From: Eledone cirrhosa
Taxonomy: Eukaryota
Reading direction: 5' to 3'
Length of the DNA: 64,000 bases
Assembly (NCBI GenBank): GCA_964016885.1
Contig: OZ024746.1
Location: 80,104,001-80,168,000 of the forward strand
Positions 56,473 to 64,000 of this stretch are shown piece after piece; the stretch's first letter is position 1, and every line of letters starts with the position of its first letter. The notes beneath the pieces were generated by a model that was given only the letters and a program-made list of their open reading frames with translations, made no database searches and was not told the DNA's origin. The position numbers were made by a program, and so were the translations under genes.

Positions 56473-58299
56473 TCCTTATTTTTGTATTTCTTTCAGAACT
56501 TTCTTGTATTTATAATGCACTCAAAGCGAAACACTATACCTGAAAGCGAAACCATGCGTTTCTCTGCTTGACGTCAAAGATTATTCACTAAAATATTGTG
56601 TATAAGGTAAATGGGGCCTTTAATACCCGATGGAGCATGTCTCTCTTCAGGTCGAAACATAGCGGATTTCGTGACAGAGATAAAGATACAAAATCAGAAC
56701 CCAATTACTGGATTGATATTTTATTTTATCGTCCTCGAAAGGATGATAGGCAAAATTGACTTCGGGAGGAGTTGAACTCAGAATGCTGTAAATCAGAACA
56801 AATACCGAGGCATTCTTAATCCGACGCTCTAATGACACTGCCAATTCGTCGCCTTCATTAAAAAGGTGTTTGATTTACAATCAAACAGCGGAATGTAGTA
56901 TGATTGGTTTTCAAATAAATGTTTCTAAACGGATACTGCAGGATAACTCTCAGATAATCTATAGTAAGTACTACGTCAATTCATTAAACGGGAGTATATT
57001 TTCGTCATTGTTGTTATTACACTGTATCATTCGTCTTGAGTACAAGTTAATAAATATTGTTGTTAACTCTGTATCACCCTTGATCGAATAAATGTTCTGA
57101 CTCTGACTAGAGTAAATATCAAAGTAGAGTAATGTAAAAGAAAAACAAAACAAACGGTAGTTTACATTTTTTTAAACATACATCTCATAATATTTCGAGG
57201 TTAGGACTCTTTTTCAAAAAAATAAATAAATTGAATGTGGGATTGGTAATGGGCGTCGCTCTGCTACTTGTTGATTTCGAGTGAAAGTAAACTCTACAAC
57301 TGTAAAGATTCTATGTCGTATTGACTCCAGCAAATATAATTTCAAAGGCGGTATTGGGCGGAGTGGAAGGTGGCTATTACTTTTGTAACTCGACAGCAGT
57401 GAATTACAAACAAAACGTTGAACCTTACCTACACTAAGTACAAAGTCAATTGAACTACTAACTTACAGTTTTGTTGCCACTCGCCAAAACAACAAAAATA
57501 TTTATTTTATTTTATGCTTTTATTTTATATTTTATTTTATATTTTTTTAATTTTTCGGTGGATTGTCTTGCCGTCGTTTGATGTTTTCAAACTATACAAG
57601 AACCAATCGCTAACACACGTTTAATTAATTGGAGCTTTTCATAAAGAGAACAAAAGGAAGAATAAAAGCTGCCACTGATACTCATGGTACGTTTTATTCT
57701 TATTCTTGTTATAATTCTTATTATTTTGGTCATTGATATAGCTTTTACTGTTGTGCTTATAATTGTTGCTGTTGTTATAACTATAATTGTTGTTATTGCC
57801 ACTGTTATTGTTATTATTATTGTTGCTATTACAGCTAAGGCCACACAAGAAGCAACTGTTGACCTATTATTCTGCTTGAGCCTACGCAGGTGTTTATCTT
57901 TATTATTCCGCCAGAAAATAACATGTTAACTTCTCTCCAACGGTGTCGGAGTCGGCAATAGAACAGAGAAACATATTTCACAGCGCAACCTTCACCCAAT
58001 TTATTTATTTATTTTCAAGCTGTTAGACAAGATTGAAAACTTGTTTAATTATTAACCATGCACTCTCAGCTTACGGGCTATATTTTGTTTTATATATTTT
58101 GATTTTATATATTTCTTTTTCCAGTTCAAACATTCTTTTTTTTCTCTCCTTCTAATTTCTTTTCTTTATATATTCATTTATTTCTTTGTTTATACATTCC
58201 TCTATCTATTTACCAATCGACCAATTTTAGTGCATATATATATTTATATTTATACACCCACACATACACATACACACACATACACACACACTCACATAC

Positions 58300-58945
<646 letters not shown>

Positions 58946-59210
58946 TGTGTGTGTATGTGTATGTGTGTGTTTATGTATGTCTTTGGGTGTGTGAATTAAG
59001 ACTCCCATATCCTCATAGTAACACGTTCCGATATGTCTACCTTGAGGTATACAAACACAAAAGAGGTCCATGAACACATTTAACGATAGCTTAAAATGTT
59101 CAGAGCTTCAACAATTGGCCACATGATTAATTCAGAATACAAAATGTCACAGAAAGCAAACATATGTGTATATATATATATATGTGTTTGTATATATGTA
59201 TGTATATATG

Positions 59211-59293
<83 letters not shown>

Positions 59294-59329
59294 AGAGAGA
59301 GAGAGAGAGAGATATATATAGATATAGAT

Positions 59330-59388
<59 letters not shown>

Positions 59389-59391
<3 letters not shown>

Positions 59392-59494
59392 CGAAGGAAA
59401 TGTGGTAAGGAACCAGATGGACCATAACGCACCAAAGTACTCAATACTTAGGGTAGTAGAGTGGGTAATAGGAACGAGTAGGACCCCCGACGTT

Positions 59495-59500
<6 letters not shown>
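59389..59500 (-). mobile_element. Family C copy
   Basis: Nearly identical to 17258-17355. Confidence 0.75.
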
Positions 59501-59545
<45 letters not shown>

Positions 59546-59585
59546 AGTCAGTTAGTTCACCATATATATATATATATATATTTAT

Positions 59586-59637
<52 letters not shown>

Positions 59638-59645
59638 GTGTGTGT

Positions 59646-59677
<32 letters not shown>

Positions 59678-60590
59678 TCCAATAAACAGTATTTTGCGAT
59701 TCAGTAATTATATATAATTTTTTTCCTTGATGGTTAGTGGATTGATTGACAGAATTGGTAGATCATCGGACAAGATGCCTCGTGGTATTGGAACAGTGAA
59801 GTGAGAGAATCGGTAAAGTAACGTCTGGTAGTATTGGAACAGTAACTTGTTTAAATCGATTGAGAGTCAGACGAAATGCTTTATGGCATTTGAACAGTAG
59901 ATTGTCAGAATGGGCAGAACATTGGACAAAATGACTTGTGCTATTTACGTCCTTTTATGTTGCGTTTAAATGTTGCTGTTGTCTACGTTGCCTATCATGC
60001 TTTCGGAGACGATTAAATTACAGCACTAGTCAAGTAAATGTAAACTTAAAAGGGCTTTTAACTTCTGCTGGTGTCGTAGCGGGTGCTTTCTGACATACAG
60101 CATGTCTTGGATATGTTAAACATGGCAGGACCCAAACTTGCCCAGGTTGGTACACAGCCGGTTTCTTCCAGAGGAGAGAAAGAGAGAGAGGTGAAAGGAG
60201 AATCGATCTAACTACTGGACTGGTACTTTATTTATCGACCTCAAGAGACTGAAAGGCAAAGTTGACCTCGGTGGATTTGGAACTCAGGGCGCAGTAAGAC
60301 GGAGCAAATACCAAGTTATTTTTAATCTGACGCTCTAACGATTTTGCTAATTCCCTTTCCTAGCCAGCTAATTAACCATTTAATATATTATTTGTTGAAT
60401 ATTACTTAAAATATCATTTCAATGATATAACACTTGTTTTCTGTGACATTTTGTCCCAATAAAAATCGTGATTACTATTTTCCAGACTTTAACTATATTT
60501 CCGTTTACTGATATAACAACAATACAAAGCAACCGTAATGGAATAATTTGACGAACGAAACAGGTATGTATATAAGTATATATATGTAGG

Positions 60591-60643
<53 letters not shown>

Positions 60644-60724
60644 ATAATAATAAATTTGAAGACTAAAATCCAAAGAGGGCTCGATAAGGATAAATATATA
60701 TCAAATATATAAATTGACTTTGTT

Positions 60725-60775
60725 AGTTTCAGAAGATCCCGTTAAGGGTGAAAGCAGCGATTCTTTGCTTAAACT
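60725..60775 (+). ncRNA. Hammerhead motif, U4A variant
   Basis: AGTTT-CAGAAGA-T-CCC gttaa GGG-T-GAAA-GCA gcgattctt TGC-TT/AAACT. Confidence 0.55.
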
Positions 60776-60790
60776 TTAATCTGTTATTTT

Positions 60791-60826
<36 letters not shown>

Positions 60827-61085
60827 TAGATCAGAGCAAACATCACGGACGCTCTATCTCAAAATTATTTTTGAAAAGCATTAGAAATGCGCAACCGGTA
60901 AAACTTAAAACCAAAACTGAATACTAACCAATACAATTACTAATTCTCACTTATTCCTAATTAAACTATTTTTCACTGTGAACAATTTGTCAGCACTTTC
61001 TATTCCGTTTACCAATATATATGGACTGAAATAGCCGTCGAAACGGCTTGAGCTCTGCCGCCGGCGTTATATATATATATATATA

Positions 61086-61250
61086 CGACGGATTTTTGCA
61101 TTTTTCTTCTACCAAATTTCACTCACGAAGCATTGGTCAACTCGAGACTATAACAGAAAACACTTGCCCATTGTGTCACACCGTGGGATTGAACCTGAAT
61201 TCACGTGGTTGCGAAGCATACTCCTAAACCACACATCCATACCTGTGCCA
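61086..61250 (-). mobile_element. tRNA-derived SINE family 3
   Basis: Minus strand ggatgtgtggtttaggagtatgcttcgc...ggttcaatcccac...gggcaagtg. Confidence 0.7.
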
Positions 61251-61697
61251 ATAGCTTCGTATTGTTCATATGTCTGTTCGATGAAGACTGACCTTTGGCT
61301 AGATAATAACAACAACTACAACAACGACAACAATAACGTCGGTGACAACGACGATGGCGATGGGGATAATTTAAATTTAGGTGTGTGTGCGGTGGGGGTG
61401 GAGTGTGGAGGGAGGGGTTATTTAAATTTACGCAATCCTAACAGTTATATCACAATACAAGAAACAGTGAAGTTATATACAGTTATTTGAAGCGGTAGTA
61501 GTAGTAACAACATTAACCATTATTAATTAAATGTCATGCAAGTGGTAACTATTTGCTTCCTGCTTCTGCATTATTAAAACCACTTTATTAGCTATAGATG
61601 ATTAATTCAATTAAGCAGAATGGGAATCATTAAAGTAAAGTAGAGAAGTGATCTAGTTCACTAAACAAAGTCACTCTCTTTCCTTTTTTCTTTCCTT

Positions 61698-61840
61698 CTA
61701 TGTTTCTCTGTCTCTATCTATCTCTCTCACTCCCTGTCTTACTATGTTTCTCTGTCTCTATCTCTCTCTCTCACTCCCTGTCTTACTATGTTTCTCTGTC
61801 TCTATCTCTCTCTCTCACTCCCTGTCTTACTATGTTTATT
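61698..61840. repeat. About 44-bp CT-rich tandem repeat, 3 copies
   Basis: tcactccctgtcttactatgttt recurs. Confidence 0.85.
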
Positions 61841-62468
61841 TCTATCGCTACTCCTCTCCATATGTCTTTCTCTCTCGCTCTCTTTTAACTTCACACTAGT
61901 CATATGGTCTACTTACCTCCCTTTTATTTTGAATTCTTCTTTCTTCTATATATTTTACTCTGTCTATTTCTCTGCTTGATCTCTGTTTCTTCCTCATTTT
62001 TCGATTTCCCTCTTTCTCATTTTCCCCACTCACTCTTCCCCTCTCTCTCTCTCTCTCTCACACACACATACACCCTCTCACTCTTTCACACTCACACATA
62101 TACCCTCCACCCTCACTCTCTCTCTCTCTCTGACACGATCTATCTATCTATTTATTTGTCTAACTACTCTGTCGTCTTTCTCTGAAACTTGTCTTTATAA
62201 TTCTTCATTGCTCTCTCTTACTTTGATGTATGTGTCTATACATGTAATTTAGTGGAAGTCCGTCTCTCTTCTTTTTTATGTGTGGGGGAGGGAGGGGATT
62301 CTTTTACTGGTGTCAGTCATTGTATTATCTACCCTAATGCTTATTTCACTCTTGTGGTTTTAAGGTAACAGCTAAGTTGCGGGATAGAAAAAGACATATA
62401 CAACCCCAACATCTAAAACAGTCTTAACAAGTACACACACATACACAAACACACACACCTACACACAA

Positions 62469-62504
<36 letters not shown>

Positions 62505-62879
62505 CGTGTGTGTGTAAAGAGGGGACCACATGACAAATACAACGGAAAAAAAAAGGATACTCCCTTCTCTTCAGTCAACTTCTGGAAATCCGATGAACTT
62601 ATATCTGTAAACCAATACTTATAGGTATACAGTATGTTCTTAAGAATGTAAAAAATGTTAGTGTCAAATGTAAATTCTAAGTGACGTCGTTGCTGCAAAC
62701 GCTTTGTTGTCAGCCTATGACGTTAGCACTTTTCGTATGATATGCCATGGGCTTTTCACGCCTGACGAAGTCGTAGGGGCGTTGTTGTTATATCGGCGTG
62801 TTAGGAATGTTAAACCTAGTGGAGTCTATCGGTCTATAGCCGACTTCTTTCAGAGAAATAAAAAGATCGAAAACGAGAA

Positions 62880-63068
62880 GGGTGGATTGGCAGTAGCGGT
62901 AGAGGGTCGGACGCCATGCTTTGCAGCAAAGAGTTACGTTCATTTACGGTCTGAGTTCAAATCCCGCCGAGGTTAACTTTGCCTTTTATCCTTACGGGGT
63001 CGATAAAATAAAGTACCAGTAATACACTGGGATAATTGCTGGCCTTGTGCCAAAAGTAAAAACAATTA
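62880..63068 (+). mobile_element. SINE family 1
   Basis: Consensus match. Confidence 0.9.
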
Positions 63069-63538
63069 TATTTATCGATAGGCTAGAGACGAGAGGCAAA
63101 GTTGACCTCGACAGGATTTGAATTCAGAGAGCCGGAACAAATGCCACGAAATATTCTATCCGGTGTTCCAACGACTCTGCCAATTCGCCATCTTTTTACT
63201 TCGTTGTGCACATACAAATACAATTTTGCAGTCCTGAATACTGCAATTGAGAAGAAAAAAAATGCAATCAACTGAACTTATCCCCACAATTTCATAGCCG
63301 AAATTTCCTTTAGAAGTGCTTGAATAATGAGAATCAAGCAAAAGAGAGAAATCCTGTAGCTTGAGCTGACCCCGTGCTCTATCTACTATCCATTTCACTT
63401 ACATGGCTTAGGACCTAAAGTTGCTCATGACTCGCTTAGCTCAACCTAGGAATGTAGTAGAGCAAACTTCACGAAGTGGCAACGAACTTGGGACTGTTAT
63501 ATTTTGTCAGACACTCGCACTAGTCTGACATGAATAAT

Positions 63539-63726
63539 AATTGTTTCTACTTTTGGCACAAGGCCATCAATTACCCAGTACATTACTGGTACTTTATTTT
63601 ATCGACCCCGTAAGGATGAAAGGCAAAGTTAACCTCGGCGGGATTTGAACTCAGACCGCAAAGGGACGTAACTATGCTGGAAAGCATGGCATCCGACTCT
63701 CTACCGATACTGCCAATCCACCGCCC
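63539..63726 (-). mobile_element. SINE family 1 with 16-bp TSD
   Basis: tgacatgaataataat at 63526-63541 and 63728-63743. Confidence 0.92.
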
Positions 63727-63814
63727 TTGACATGAATAATAATGGGTTCTAATTTTAGTTCAAAGCCAGCAATTACCCCAATTAGCCCCATAAATCTAAG
63801 GCTAGCATTTTAGT

Positions 63815-64000
63815 ATAGGCACAAGGTCAGCAATTTTGGGTGAGGGGAAAGTCGATTAAATCGACTCCAGTGCGTGACTGGTACTTTATTTTCTCGACCC
63901 CGTAAGGATGAAAGGCAAAGTTAACCTCGGCGGGATTTGAACTCAGATCATAAAGGGTCGTAACTCTATGCTGCAAAGCATGGCGTCCGACCCGATACTG
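63815..64000 (-). mobile_element. SINE family 1 variant with a longer 3' segment, running off the window
   Basis: Extra ttttgggtgaggggaaagtcgattaaatcgac segment. Confidence 0.85.

Noticed and set aside
57420-57435. Minus-strand splice donor AG/GTAAGG
   Set aside because: No credible upstream exon

Overview
AT-rich, microsatellite-saturated metazoan non-coding DNA. The SINE families and repeat style suggest a cephalopod such as Octopus (inference, not a database result). No host protein-coding gene can be supported: the long ORFs in the track are translations of simple repeats. The window holds about 20 tRNA-derived SINE copies of at least three families, decayed RTE-clade LINE fragments, a non-autonomous Helitron-like element, mariner-like and hAT-like pieces, and many mini- and microsatellites. 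The main observation is that short unique inserts inside (TA)n tracts belong to many unrelated families. Many are fold-back (inverted-repeat) structures, and many carry type I minimal hammerhead-ribozyme motifs (stem I - CUGANGA - stem II - GAAA - short, often palindromic stem III - NUH - stem I'). This looks like a diverse set of Penelope-like pLTR or retrozyme-like elements associated with TA repeats. Several copy boundaries fall at the predicted cleavage site, and a non-canonical Y.U pair closing stem II recurs. All folds were read by eye.
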